The notes beneath the pieces are model-generated. The model had not been told where the DNA came from, made no database searches, and was given only the letters and a program-made list of their open reading frames with translations. DNA of 63,576 nt, the filler included, from Hausera hauseri (Eukaryota): NCBI GenBank assembly GCA_046269625.1. It is 10 parts of 10 records of this genome, joined end to end, with 100 filler letters (N's around TTAATTAATTAA, not from the genome) between each part and the next. Parts side by side here need not be neighbours in the genome. Positions count along the whole stretch, not along the records: positions 46,335 to 52,675 come from JBJURY010110542.1; positions 52,776 to 57,858 come from JBJURY010341601.1; positions 57,959 to 63,576 come from JBJURY010219631.1; 7 more parts are not named here. One strand, written 5' to 3'. Positions 49,501 through 62,715 of the stretch are shown in pieces (position 1 is the first letter of the stretch; each line of letters begins with the position of its first letter). The translations under genes were made by a program, and so were the position numbers.

Positions 49501-51800
49501 GTCCTTCTTGGGCACTACTTGTAGAAATGAGGACCAAGGTGACTTTGATCTTCTTATAATTCCTGCCTTTTTCTAATTCACTGAACTTCAATTCCACTGC
49601 TTTGCGTCTGCGTGGAGAAAGTAGCCTAACCTTCTGTTTAATTGGTCTTTGGTGTTCAGTGACGATGTGATAGCACGTCGTAAAAGCAGGCTTAAACTTT
49701 GAGTCCTTCTTCAACTCTCTAGGATAAGAAGTTGTGATGTAGTAACAAAGAGCTATATCCAGTTGCATTAATGGGGAGGTGAGGTGAGAGATCGTGTCGG
49801 TGTTGGCAATTGTTTTGTTGTTACTGTATGAATGGAAACGTCACAATCAGAGTTATCAACATTCAATTTATCTAGTTTAATAAAAGATTTCTTTAATATA
49901 GATTTCGGCACTACAGTAAACTGCGCGACAAGTAGTGAATTATTTTGTGATTTTATATGATTGATTGTATTTTTGATCACACGATGTTTTCTGCAGTCGA
50001 CTAGTAAGTTGTAGTGCGATAAAAAATCAGATCCTACAATTGGTGTTTTAAAATCTTCAACATTGAACTTCCATTGAAAGACATCCGAAAAATGTGGCAG
50101 GATGAAAGACATTTTTGCGGCACCAAAAAATATACAATACTTGCCAATTTGCGGTAAAGAGTTTAGTGGACGTAGGGATCATTTTTAGTCATGTGAAAAA
50201 TTAAAGTAGTAAGGAAACATTTGCACCTGAATCGATCATAAATTTAGTGAGATGAGGAAAAGATGTGAGTGCAGCATCTAATGAGAAAACACTATTGGTA
50301 GAAGTACGGCAGTCAAAACGGATAAGATGGCTTTTGCCAGAATTTGCCGTAGTTTCTGGCCGCTTTAGGCGTTTTCTGAATAGATTAAGATGTTTGAGTT
50401 TTCTGAGTATAAAACTTACACCCAGGTAAGCAGTGTTTTGCGTTGTCTTTAAACTTACTGTGATAGATGCAGACCGCATCGTGTAATTGGAAACGCTGTG
50501 TGTAGAACTTGCAGCCTATACAGCATTTTTTGGCATTTCGATTGAACTTGGTGCGATAATAGCACACTATTTGTCGCGAAGGTGACTGGGCGTGCCTACA
50601 GTTTTCAGACGACTGTCTGCTTCGATACGCTATAAACCGATCACGACGCGGTCGAGCCAAAGCGTCAGTTTTGCTAGAGATGGCCGATATGGTTTAATGT
50701 AGGTCCGCATTTTCGGCTTGAAGATTTTGAATTTAATAAACTATACTGTTTTTGTTGTTTGATGAGTTTACTGAATGTAGATGTGCAACTATTATGAGTG
50801 ATTGCGTTGCTTGCAGAGCTGAAATCGTATTATGTGCATTATTGTTATGAAAATTTTCGTAACTTTCGACCGCAAGTTGCGCCAGTTTGTCGAGCGCCGT
50901 AGAATCCTCCACATCAGTAATTGAGTGCACGGATTTGGACTGGCATGGATAATAAGAAATAATGTCGAAGAAGATCCGCGTTATTTTGCTGGTTTACTCC
51001 TAGTGAGTTTAGTTTTGAAAGTGGGGTTCGAAGAAATTCTGAAGGTTTTTGCTGGCCAAGAGCGTTTTCGTTGAAGTATTTTTGTATTATTGAGTCTAAT
51101 GAAGGTTCGGTTCATGTAGTTAAGGCGTCAAGTAGTAATTTGTATGGGTCAGAATAATTAAAGATGTCAGAAAGATTAGTTATTCCGGATTTTATATTGG
51201 ATAGCAGATGAAGAAGTAGACTATTGGCCTTTTGAAACGAATCAATGATTTTATGTGAGGCTAGCAACTTTGGGTGGAAGTTTAGCCATGTTCTGCAAGA
51301 GTTTTTACTATCAAAAATAACGTCTACATACTGAAAATGTGAAAAAGAAAATGGAGTTGGAGAAACAAAGGTTACGTTTGGAGATTTTTTTATCTCCTCA
51401 GAATTGGGGTCAGAACCACCACAAAGTTTAGGAATTAGATGGAGATAGAGAAATGAATAATGTGATTGAAAAGATCATAGCAGATCGCCAGGATAAATAT
51501 TGAGTTTATTCAGAAAGAGAGAAGCCAGAAAGATGGACGTCTTTACAAATTGAGGTGCATATGTATTGCCCTAATGTTTTGTGATTTCTGGTGTGTTTAT
51601 GAATATGTTTATTTTAAAAGATGAAAATGATAAAAGAATTGCCCAATATGCTGGGGACACAATGCGCCGCAACAGGTGTGAGCACGCCAAGACCTCCGGC
51701 GAGGCGACACTCGGGCCGCACAACCGATGCGCTACGAGTCCAGACCGCCACCCGACAACTCCCAATCGGTCGGAACTCATGTTTATATCAATTTTTCGCC
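46590..51800 (-). mobile_element. CsRn1-clade Ty3/gypsy family C, divergent copy 2 (Ubl-gag, PR, RT, RH, IN, PPT, LTR stub), decayed
   Basis: Tandem CHCC fingers, PR FMIDSGA, RPCGNY, IN DQGPQFES/ANSLLERFHR and an S/T/P-rich tail. PPT GGGGGGAGG at 46638-46646, then TGTGGTGCC starting at 46634. Confidence 0.9.
51403..51650 (-). pseudogene. Ubiquitin-like leader on Gag ending LHLIPKLCGG|SDPN
   Basis: Manual translation IYPGDLL*SFQSHYSFLYLHLIPKLCGGSDPNSEE; the GG codons are at 51415-51420. Confidence 0.72.
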
Positions 51801-54788
51801 AATAGATTTTTTTAATGACATTTTTAACTTGGACTTCCTATTATACTTGAATGAACTCTTGTATAAATGAATATTTTCTGGAAAACGACTCAAAAAATAA
51901 CATGTGGTTGAATGAATGCTCGAAAATAACGTATTGAAGATATTCAGGGAGTTTTGACTTTGGAGACCATAGCTATATAACGGAAGCAAAATTAGAACTT
52001 TTACATATTTATGCCATTAGATGGATCATTCAAAGATTCATCTTCTTTAACTGTTTTGTCAGGTGTTTTGACTTCATTTTTGGTAACAATTTTTAATTCT
52101 GATTTACTGTTTTCGGAAAATTCGACTATTAATATTAACGTTATTTGCCTATATGCCTGTCTTTGTAAAATTTTGATTAGCTGTCATTCGTAAATTTCGT
52201 GCATCCAATTGTTTATTGAAATCATATTCGTGGAATCGTTGAATAAAAATCGAAGGAATCATGTCACTCGATGGACGCAGCATCTTTTCATTATTGTTTG
52301 TGGCAGCCTGAAGATCAATAGGACGTTCCCAAGCCAATTGTATCATATAGCTAACGAAAGGAATTTCGTCAATTTGCGTAGCCGGTTTAATAAGCCAAAA
52401 AAGCAGGTATGAAAATGACTCACGAAATATTTGCAGCTTATTTGGTGCATTTTTGTAATGAAAGAACGTATAACTTGATATAATTTTGTGAAAAAAAACG
52501 CTGAGCTATGGGGTAGCAGGAAAAGAAAGCATCGCAATTAATTATGAAAAACTGACTGTCTGAGGGTAAAAACATTTCACTTAAATTCATGTTATTTAGA
52601 GGTGCATCTTCAAAGTCGGTGCATACCAAATCGTTATAGTCACGCCATAAATTAGTCAATGGTTCTATATCTAATNNNNNNNNNNNNNNNNNNNNNNNNN
52701 NNNNNNNNNNNNNNNNNNNTTAATTAATTAANNNNNNNNNNNNNNNNNNNNNNNNNNNNNNNNNNNNNNNNNNNNTATCAGAGCACGTGCAACCCGAGAA
52801 AATTAAAAAAAAATCTAAGTGTTTTATTTCAGCTAATGAGCTGTGCAAGTTATTTAAAATGATTAGTAGAACAGTTAAAATTCAGGCTAAGAAGAAAGTC
52901 AATTTAATTATATTTGGAAGGATATTCACTGATATGAAAGCCTGTTGCTGGTCTCTGAGAGCTCAAAAGTTTAATTAAATAATTAACTTATTTATTTTCC
53001 AATATGTTTTCCTGTTACAACAAGATTAGGAACCAGCAGCTTGAGAAAACCACGTAAATTCGTATACGTCGATAACATATCTAATATCACTCAGCAACAT
53101 CTTTCCAACGTTTGAGCACGTAATGTCAAATGTCAGCTTGAAAAGACTACCTTTTCACCAACACGAAACGAAGAACAAGTGTTCATGAAACGTGATCAAT
53201 TAGTATCCGGAATTGCAAGCCAAGGATGCTAATTACAAACCGGATAATTGCAATAATCAATAACAAAAGAGGGAATCAGAGACACATAAAGATACATTAT
53301 ATCAAGGACATTTTATTTGGTCGTGGTGAAGCGGGGAGACCGAGACTGAACATTTCTTCTTGTTGTTGTGTGCGTGTGTGTGGTGGTGGTGGTGGTGGAG
53401 GGTCCTAGTGACGGAGAGGACGAAGAATGAAAATGTTTAGTTGTTGGTGGTGTTATTATTGTTGGGAAGTCCTGGTGAAGGGGAAGGCAGAAAGTGAATA
53501 TTTTTTTGGCTGTTACTGCTGGCGAAGGGGTGGAGGGGATCCTAGTTAAGGAGAAGACGGAGGCTGAACATTTTTAAGATACGAAATCATAAAATAAAAG
53601 TAAAGTCAATTACACGCCTACATAAGGCGTATAGCAGAGTTAGTGTCTACATGTTTCCTTGGCATCGGCATAAGATTGGATAATGTTGTCAGCACAACGC
53701 CAGGCCGCGTGTACGTTCCAAGAGAATTTCTCCGGTACCCATTTTTGAGGCTGGGTGACCCCTGGGGCCGTTTCTGTCGAAAAAAATCCAATCGTCTCAT
53801 GAAATCATGGTACGTATATAAATCCGCTCTGATACTAAATTAAGAAATAGAGGTGTAGATGGACACGATCGTCAACGTTATTCAGGAGTTGCTTAATGAC
53901 GATATTTTTTGTGTGTGGGGTATGGGGTGAGAGAGCAACAAAGATGAAAATGGTGGTCAGGACTGGAATGAGGTTTCAGATATTAAATACACACGTGGCT
54001 AATGGGTGATGTACAAGCAATATCTATATGGGCCTTCAAGTACGGCAGATGAAGAACACCTCAGTTATTACATCATACCCTAACCTACAATGCTAAATAC
54101 TGTTCGCAGAATAGGAATTATTCGTCATTTAAAGCAACGAAAGCTAAAACATCAGAGAAACCGCAGTGACTTAGGTAGTGAACAAGAAATCACGAATCCA
54201 TGGATTTAAAAAACAAAAAAAAGTAGGAACACTCAAAGAGATGAATGATTACATCCTTATAGTGGCTTGGAACAGTGTAACAGTGGAGGGAGAGGTGGTG
54301 GGGGGAAACAGACTGAAGAGAAGGGATGGTTAAACAAAGTCACGTAAATTATACCCAGATTTATTGATGTTCATAAACCTGAAAATTTGGAGAAGACTCA
54401 TCAAGTCCTCGCGTTACCTCCACCTGACTCCAGATAAAAGAACACATCCACGAACGACGATGGAAGTAGAAGAAGAATCGTTCAGCTGCATCTCATTAAC
54501 CATACAGCAGTCACGTACTCGCTTGTACAAACATCTAAATTCAAGAAAGGACCATTACATTTTCAGGACACAAAATGATAGCATTAAACGTCCACATTGT
54601 CTGTGTTCTTGTTCGACCTCCACATCAGCGAGAGTCAGTTCTTCTGGATGAGCCATGAGAAGTGTTGTTGCAGTCCCGAGAAGGACTGTGGAGGAGGGTA
54701 GCTGAGCTTTCATGCTGTCTTCCATGATTTAGTGTCATGCTTGGCCTCCTAGAAAGTGATCCACCACTCAACCGGGAAGTATCCCCAG

Positions 54789-54890
54789 CCTCCGCTCGTT
54801 AGCCGGCAGGTTTCCCTACAGTTGCGTGGGGACGGCGACGAAGACGTGGGCAGAGGATCTTGGCTGACTATGATTCGTCAGCCCTTCACA
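54789..54890 (-). ncRNA. Candidate HDV-like self-cleaving ribozyme (degenerate), probably an RTE 5' end
   Basis: P2 CCTCTGCCC/GAGCGGAGG, P3 ACG/CGT, P4 GTAGG-GAAA-CCTGC, J4/2 GGCTAAC and J1/2 hairpin GGCTGAC/GTCAGCC. P1 is only partly paired. Confidence 0.5.
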
Positions 54891-54959
54891 TTGATGCACT
54901 ATGTATCCTTCATTTCCTAATCTGTTTTCAAACACTGAATATCTAATTTAATATTTCTT

Positions 54960-55414
54960 CTTGCTGTTCAGTTAACGTTTTTTTTAACCTTTACCATGAT
55001 TTTTCCTACACCAGGTACATGATCACTCTCAACGTCAGCACTTGGTATTGTCTTAACGGATACCAGCCCATTCATAATCTGTTTTGAATCAGTATATAGT
55101 CAGTTAAGATAATTATCTCCCGGGCTTTTCCATATCCATAAACGTTTTGGATGTTCCTTAAACCATGTGTTACCTATGATCATCTGGTGTGACTCAATCA
55201 ATCTATCTCCTCTATCATTTCTCTGCCCTAGATTAAATTTTCCAGTTGTATCACCATCTGATTCATCCCCCACTTTGGCATTAAAATCCCCCATTACTTT
55301 AGTAACTTCTCCAAACTTACATTGCTTCATTGCTGCAACCATTTCTACATAAAATTGGCACTGTGTATCAGAGCCGGCTATGGGTCGCCAACTACATAGC
55401 ATCTCCGTCCTCAC
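54960..55414 (-). mobile_element. RTE-clade LINE endonuclease fragment
   Basis: VMGDFNAKVG..GKFNLGQRNDRGDRLI..IGNTWFKEHPKRLWIWKSPGD. Confidence 0.85.
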
Positions 55415-55869
55415 ATTTTCTGCTAAACAACACGTTTGTTTGAAAACTCACTTGTTTTAACATAAACGCCACTGTTTCTCTTGTAGAAATCGGGAATGTG
55501 GAGTGACTAGAACCATGGTGAAAACCAACTGAAGATAATAAAGGGGGCACATGTAGAAGAGAAAGGAAGCAAAACCATGTTTATAACAGATTCATATCTG
55601 TGCATTTCAGAAACACGTTCTGTAGATAAGAAATATACGAATAAGACCCAACAAGTGAAACTGGACACTTTTCAGGAAAACTAATTACAGGATAGTCTAC
55701 TGTTCCCCCTAAATAATGTATCACTGTCATGAGGGTAAAAAGGCCATTCCGCCCAGTGTCTTTACAGCGAGCACCCCTGCCACCTCGCTATATTCAACAG
55801 GGACTCAAAATATTCTCAATTCTCAAGTAAAGTTGTCAGTGCGGCCCAGTCGTCATCGAAGTTAATTTT

Positions 55870-57020
55870 GTGCAACCACGTATTTATCCCAATACAAATG
55901 CAAATCCTATTGATTATGGCTGTAGAAAGGGATATTTAACTCGAAATCTGTCTTTGATAAAACAAACAAAAGCTGATCATTCTGTGTTCTATCAGTCATT
56001 GACAAATATCAAAAACTTAGGCACAACTACTCAAAACCTACCCGACATTAATGAACCAGGTATTGTCGAACTGAAGATTGATAAGTCAAAGATTGGCGAA
56101 CAAAACACTACCTACGGTGAATAATGAGATTAATCGTACAGACTCCGTGGCTTCATTATCTGATGATCATGGTCCAAATAAAAATTCGTTGGATTATAAC
56201 ATAGATTGGAGCGCCGTGTATCAAAAAATATCATTTGAAACATCAAATGACATTGAAACTGAATTGATTCATTACTTCCGTCATAAACAAGTTGATCTAA
56301 AAAAATTTCCTTAAAATTGCCTTTTTCGGTACATGACCTTTGACTTTATTCAACAATACATATTTAAAAATATTCTTTCAAATCGAGATGACAATGATAT
56401 TTTAGAAGAACTCGAAAATTTACCTTGCTCACTTCATGACATTTATTATAGTATGAATGATGATGCTATTTTGGTGTTGTTGACATGTTGTATCCGAAGA
56501 TTTACGAACTTACAAAGGGAATATAGAAGCAGACAAGGCGATTTGAAAAACTTTAATCAAACACTCAAGCAAAAACTTAACGCGTACCTCAAAGATCAGT
56601 TTGATTCGGTAAAAATGCACGCGCAAGTTGACAGAATTTTTAAAATATTTACGGGTTTGAACAGTTTTCTCACTTCAACAGCAATTTCAATCGTAATGTA
56701 GAAATTTTCTAATACGTTCGTCCATCTTTTTGATAAGAAAACTTTACTTATGCCAACAGTATTATCGAACAATGATATGCTGGGATCCGTTCGAAAAAGT
56801 CACACAAATTTACAACGAAATATCATCAATCTTTTTCAACGATTTAAACCGTAAAAAATGACGAAGCAATGAAATACTATGATCCGTTTTTCAGCGAAAC
56901 TTTGACTATCTCACTCTGTATGCCGATCGTCAATGAAAAACTGAGACGAGATACTGAACTTATGGAGCTGTGTTGGTTCTATCAGTTACCTATGTTGTTG
57001 TTTATTGTTTCCTATTTCTA
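55870..57020 (+). pseudogene. Fragmented coding sequence of unknown helical protein
   Basis: Run of protein-like + strand ORFs separated by stops and frameshifts; no family recognised. Confidence 0.35.
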
Positions 57021-57958
57021 AAATGTTGAGTTTTTCTTTTGAACCTTGATTTAATTATTAACAGTTAGTCAGATCCCTATTCGTCATAATCAGATTTATT
57101 TCTATGTTTATTTGTAAATTGATTTTCTGTATTTTATGAAGCAAGGAAATGAAGTTGGTCAATTGTTAATAGTACCAGTCAGATGTTACCGATAGTCAGA
57201 ATATATTCGTCAATCAACAAAATGACTTCTTGATGTTTTGTATTGTCTTTGTTGCTTTTATATTTTTCTATGCGTTTTCCTTTTGGCATAATGTCGATGA
57301 CCATGTTAATTTTTAAGAAAAGAAATTTTTTAAGGCTGGAAAACAAATTTGTTTTAATATTCAATAAAGTTTGAACTCGCTTGAAATCGGAAATTATTCT
57401 GGCCATATTGGCCTTTTTACTCTCATAATTATTTTACTACGATTGAAATATTTAGATCCTTTCGTTGAATCTTGTGAGTGTTACATTAAATTGTATATCA
57501 GTCAGATTTAGTGCAGAAAATTACCAGATCTTGTTTTCTTTGTATATTCAATTCTCCCGTTTTATGTGTAAACAAAGAGATATGTTAACAGAAATAGCTA
57601 AGATTCGCGGTTACGCTGAGAATCAGATCGTATCAACATTAAAAATGCATGTCGGAATTCACTACGATACAAGTACCAAACTTGACTATTTTGCTTACCA
57701 GAAACTTGATGAAACGAGGGGATTATGCACTCCTTTTTAATAACGACATTTTGGCGGAATTATCGACTACAATGGTCCCTACCGAATCTACTAATTAGGA
57801 ATTTCAAACCTAATAATCCTACTAGTGTATTTTGACATTTCATCTTTCTTAAGAACACNNNNNNNNNNNNNNNNNNNNNNNNNNNNNNNNNNNNNNNNNN
57901 NNTTAATTAATTAANNNNNNNNNNNNNNNNNNNNNNNNNNNNNNNNNNNNNNNNNNNN

Positions 57959-58075
57959 GAGGACATGGAGACGGTTGGTGTAACAGTAGAGGAGGCAGGG
58001 GATAGGGTGAGATGGAGGCAGATGATCCGCTGTGGAGACCCCTAAAGGGAGCAGCCGAAAGACAAAGAAGAAGAC
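57959..58075 (+). mobile_element. 3' end of a teleost-type RTE LINE
   Basis: ...GATGGAGGCAGATGATCCGCTGTGG..CCCCTAAAGGGAGCAGCCGAAAG followed by a (GAA)n-like tail. Confidence 0.65.
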
Positions 58076-58664
58076 TTGTGCAAAAGTGGTAAAAACATTT
58101 TTTTGTTTAAGAAAAAAAAGAAAGAACAAGAGCTCAACATCCCCTAGTTCTACTTTTTAATATTCTAAGATTGTTTATATACGTATGTATGCATTTGTGA
58201 GCTGTACAAATGTAATTACACGGTTAAAAGAAACGACCACTAGATGGCGGTGGAATGCTTCTCTTGATGGGAAAAACAGGCGGTCAACTGAGGAGTAGAA
58301 GAGGGCAATGGAGGGGCATCCAGGTGGTCTACCCTCAGAAGTAAGTAGAAGAACTGCACACTTTGCTATCATATGAAGTTAGGCTTTAGAGAACAAATGT
58401 CTCTATTTTGCTTTTATTTGCTATTATGAGTAATTTTTGTTCTTGTTGATAATTTCAGGTTAAGTTTTCTGTGTCGAGTTGTTCTCCTCGCATTTCTCTG
58501 TTAGCAAGAGCTAATGTCTAGTGAGCTGAGCTACTTTAGCTGTTGGTATCTAAGTCCTTGTTTCAGTACAGTTATCTTCCTGATCCATCAAAGTAATCTC
58601 TACATTTTTCACCAAGCTAAGCTTTATTTATGATGCTGACGAGATGTAGGCTTTGAAATTCATG

Positions 58665-59457
58665 TATGGTTCGTTCTTTGGTTTTTCTGTTTCAAAATAA
58701 AATCACTAAAAGAAAACAACCACCTTGTTGTTTCAGTTGTCAGTTTTTTAAACCTAAAATAAAAAATGTAAAACCAAACTAATTATAAAACCCCCACCGT
58801 CTTTGAGTTTTGGTTGAGCTATCCAAATCCAAAGTTAAATAGGTTGTTTTAATATGAAGCGAGACTAGAAAGGACGAAATGCTCAAGAAGAGTTTGTAAT
58901 GGCTGGAAGACTGAGTAAAACTGCCTTTCCCCCTTTATTTAGTTGTTGTAAAAGACTTTTTATTATATCTACTTGAATGTTATTGTGTAGTACTGTACTT
59001 TTGTTAGGAATTGAGAAAAAACAGTTGCGGCTAAGGTAGCGTTGGTTAACTGTTTCCTGTTGATACTTTAAAAATAAAACCATTCCTGTCGAAATAAAAA
59101 TAATAGAGACTGCATAAAAACAGAAACCAGTTCTACAGATATGACTGCATTCCAACTCTATTCGTCATAACTTGGAATATAAAAGCTATTTTGTTCACGG
59201 TAAGATCATCAGCTCTCCATCACGTGTTTCCATGGTTACAAGTGAAAAGAAATGCTCTGGGAGGTCATGATTTACGGTTCTGACAGAAGTCCCCAATGGT
59301 CTGCTAACAAATGAAAAGCCTGTCTTTGCTACAAAAAATGTAGCTTTTGCAATTGTTGGTTTACTAGTTTAGTTAAAGCAAACAAATAAAAACTACAGTT
59401 ACTATAGTTGTTTTTGTCGTTTTATTTTAAAACTGAAAAACCAAAGAATGAATCCTA
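58665..59457. mobile_element. Non-autonomous TIR element, IS3EU-like
   Basis: About 38-bp imperfect TIRs: TATGGTTCGTTCTTTGGTTTTTCTGTTTCAAAATAAAA and its reverse complement ending at 59457. No clear TSD. Confidence 0.5.
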
Positions 59458-59791
59458 AACGTATTTAGACATTATGAAATAAAAACAAAGAAATGGAAAA
59501 GATGGAGGGTTGTGAAAGCTGAGGAGGAGGAACATGTATTATGTTCAGGTCGTCAGCTGACATCAGTTTTTGAGGTTTGGATGTTGGCCAGTGTGTAAAG
59601 TTGTTTCATTCTATCAATTGATTTTGGGTTCTGTCTACGGTCAAATGATTTTTCCATTGTACCAAAATACTGTAAGTAATACCAAATTGATCAGTTGTCT
59701 AGTGTGTTGACGCTGTAATACTTCACTTTTACCAACCATTCTTTAATTTATTTTTGTGTTTTGAAGGATTTGCTGATGCTCATTTTGTAAA

Positions 59792-61680
59792 ATGGAGAGA
59801 GACCAACAAGATGCACGGGTATGTAGCGAAGCAGTACAGAACAATTTGAACAATTTCTAAATAAATGTTAGAAAACCTAACCCTAAAACATAGAGCTTTC
59901 AGTATTTAGTAATGTTACAAGCTTATTATGTACTAATTACTGTGTACTAGTATGTACTAGTACTATGTACTAATGACTACTATTTATTTTCTTCTTACCT
60001 AACGCAACACATGCTCCATCCAGTAGTTTCACATTATGTTTTATTTGCATTCAAAGACAAAGATATTACAAGTGTGTGGTGTAATTTTGTATATATTTTA
60101 ATTTAAGATGTCTTTCTTCAATAGGACCTATTGAAACAACACATTTTGGAGAGACTGCATCAGCGTGTCACACATGCACTGCAACACATTCCACTGGATA
60201 TTGACTATTTGGAGTTTGTTTGTAACCAAGAAATGGTTTTTATTGATGCTCTATCGCAACATATTCAACTGTCGCAGAATGTCACACAGAGGTTGACTGA
60301 TCTACACAACGCTATTCAACACCACAGAAGGAGACAAGAACCTCCAGAAGCTGTTAAGATTGAAACACAAACAACCAGGGGACGTCCAAAGATCATAATC
60401 TGTACTGACCAACTTGTTCATCTGCTGGAAACTGGACTATCTGTGAACACCACTTCAAAGTTCTGGGGAGAGTCACGGGCTACTCTGTTTAGAAGGATGG
60501 CTGAAAACAATCTGTCAGTCAGTAATCTGTACAGTACGTGTACAGATGCAGAACTTGATACACTTGTCACAGAGATCAAAAACAGAATGCCCCATGCAGG
60601 ATATCACTTAGTAAAAGGGACATTAAAAGCTCAAGGACATTATGTGGGATGGGACAGAGTAAAAGCTTCAATGCTCAGAGTAGACATCTTTGGAATATTG
60701 TCTCGAATGACCCAGTTGGGATGTGTTGTCCAGAGAACATATTCAGTGCCCGGTCCAAAGTACCTAGTGCATATAGATACCAATCACAAGCTGATCAGGT
60801 GAGATTACTGGTTTTGATGGGAACTTTTTTTGCTGCCTAAAGACAAAGTTTTAGGTTTCTATAAAACACCAAAACAGTGCATTGACTTATAGGAAGTACA
60901 ATCTGAGCATTATAATTTACCATTAGAAAGATTTCATCCAACCAACTCCAACTTTATTTGTAAAGCACTTTTTGCACCACAGCAAACCAAAGTGCTGCAC
61001 AGAATCAACATTCCAACACAGCTCATATTATGCTGACAATCTGGTGAGTTCCTTTACTCTAGAGCAGTGGTCTGCAACCTGCGACTCTGGTGGGGCATTG
61101 AATTCAGAGTGACACTCAAACTGCCAGCAGTGCTTTCTAGATGGGTTTTTAGCATTAGGTTGTTAACGACGTGCTTTTTTCCATAAATACAAACCTCACA
61201 TCGAGCTAAATGTATCCATCCTCTTTTTACAAAGGTTTTGTATATTTTTTAATGTTGATGCATACAAATAAAGATAAAATGTTAGTTTTTATCAATGATA
61301 GCAATTTTTCAATAGAAAATATTACAAACTACAAGTTTTGAAAAGGTCATGTAACATTAGCATTTCTAATTGGGTTTCATTTAGCTGGACTAAGGTTAAA
61401 ATGTCTCTGGATTGTAAAGGTTGCAGAGCCCTGATGAAGTAGATGTCTGGTTTTATGTTATTTACTAAAAGCAGTGCTCTGACATTAAGTATTTGTGTGA
61501 TGAGTCATCACTTTTGCATTCAGACATTTCTGATAGCTATGCATCCTGAGACTTCAAGTATATTTGTTCATATTTTCTCTACTTGCATACTTAGAAATGT
61601 AACTGACAGCTTCTCCCTGTTTGTTTTCCTTCAGGTACAATATGGTACTGTTTGGTGGGATTGATGGTTATTCTCGTAAG
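59792..61680 (+). CDS. IS3EU-type DDE transposase, first three exons (59792-59818, 60125-60798, 61635-61680)
   Basis: GT-AG junctions keep the frame. GRPK HTH region, then YSVPGPKYLVHIDTNHKLIR|YNMVLFGGIDGYSRK. Downstream exons not found. Confidence 0.8.
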
Positions 61681-62107
61681 GTAAGAAATTTTATGATTCA
61701 TTTCAACTAAATAAACAAACATAACCAATAAGTACAGAAAACAAGACAAAGTTGTTCAACAGTTTTGTTTTCAGAAGGTACTTTAAAGTTCTTAAGACAT
61801 TTTCAGCTTTTTCTCTTTTACTGTCCAGTTCTTCTGCTTAAACTTATTTAGGAATGTGTTTTTTTGATTGTTTTATTAGTTTTTAGTGACTTTACTCAAA
61901 CCTATATATATTTGTTTTCAGATTATTAAATTGTTAAGTGTTTACTTGGAAATGTACAAAGAAAGGAGGTCTGGACCAAAATATACAGTCTTTGCTGATC
62001 TTACATGTATTATTGTAAATTTAATGGTTCTGTCATTGTCAGCTTGTTTGGACTGCTTTGTCTTTATATTCAGCCATGTTTGTGTTATTCTTCTTATTAC
62101 ACTTCTC

Positions 62108-62715
62108 AGAGTTGTAAAGTAACTAAGTACAAATACTTTGTTACTGTACTTAAGTAGAAATTTTGGTTATCTGTACTTTACTTGAGTAATTATTTTTCAG
62201 CCTACTTTTTACTTTTACTTCTTACATTTTTACACAATTATCTGTACTTTCTACTTCTTACATTTTTTAAAAAGGTAAGAAGTAGAAAGTCGTTATTCCT
62301 ATTTCATTCCGGCTCGTTATTGTTAAAAAATACTGTCCTGAAATATTTCGCCTCCTGGACAGAGTGAATTTAATTGTGGTTGGATGAGAAGTATAAATAT
62401 AAACCATTCTGACACTGTATCAGTTTGTACACAATCCATCACAGCTGCTTGCATTTAGAAAAAAGTATTTTTTTGGAGGTCACCTCCCAATAAATGCATT
62501 TTAGAAAATCTAACCGCTTACTTTTACTCAATACTTTTACTTTTATACTTAAGTACATTTTATGTCAGAAATTTACTTTTGATACTTAAGTACGAAAACA
62601 ATCAGATACTTTAAGACTTTTACTCAAGTAATATCCTTCGAGGACACTTTAACTTTTACCAAAGTCATTTTATGGTAAGATACTTGTACTTTTACTCAAG
62701 TATCACTTTGAGGTA
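62108..62715. repeat. Teleost hAT-derived non-autonomous element with TACTTTTACT subterminal repeats
   Basis: CAGAGTTGTAAAGTAACTAAGTAC start and many TACTTTTACT/TACTTAAGTA units. Confidence 0.6.

Noticed and set aside
51800-52675. Protein-like minus-strand fragments (also 53590-53900, 57440-57858 and 63031-63276)
   Set aside because: No recognisable family and many stops; cannot support a call.
62108-62715. TACTTTTACT repeat cluster as a CRISPR-like array
   Set aside because: Irregular spacing, no unique spacers and a eukaryotic context; typical hAT subterminal repeats.
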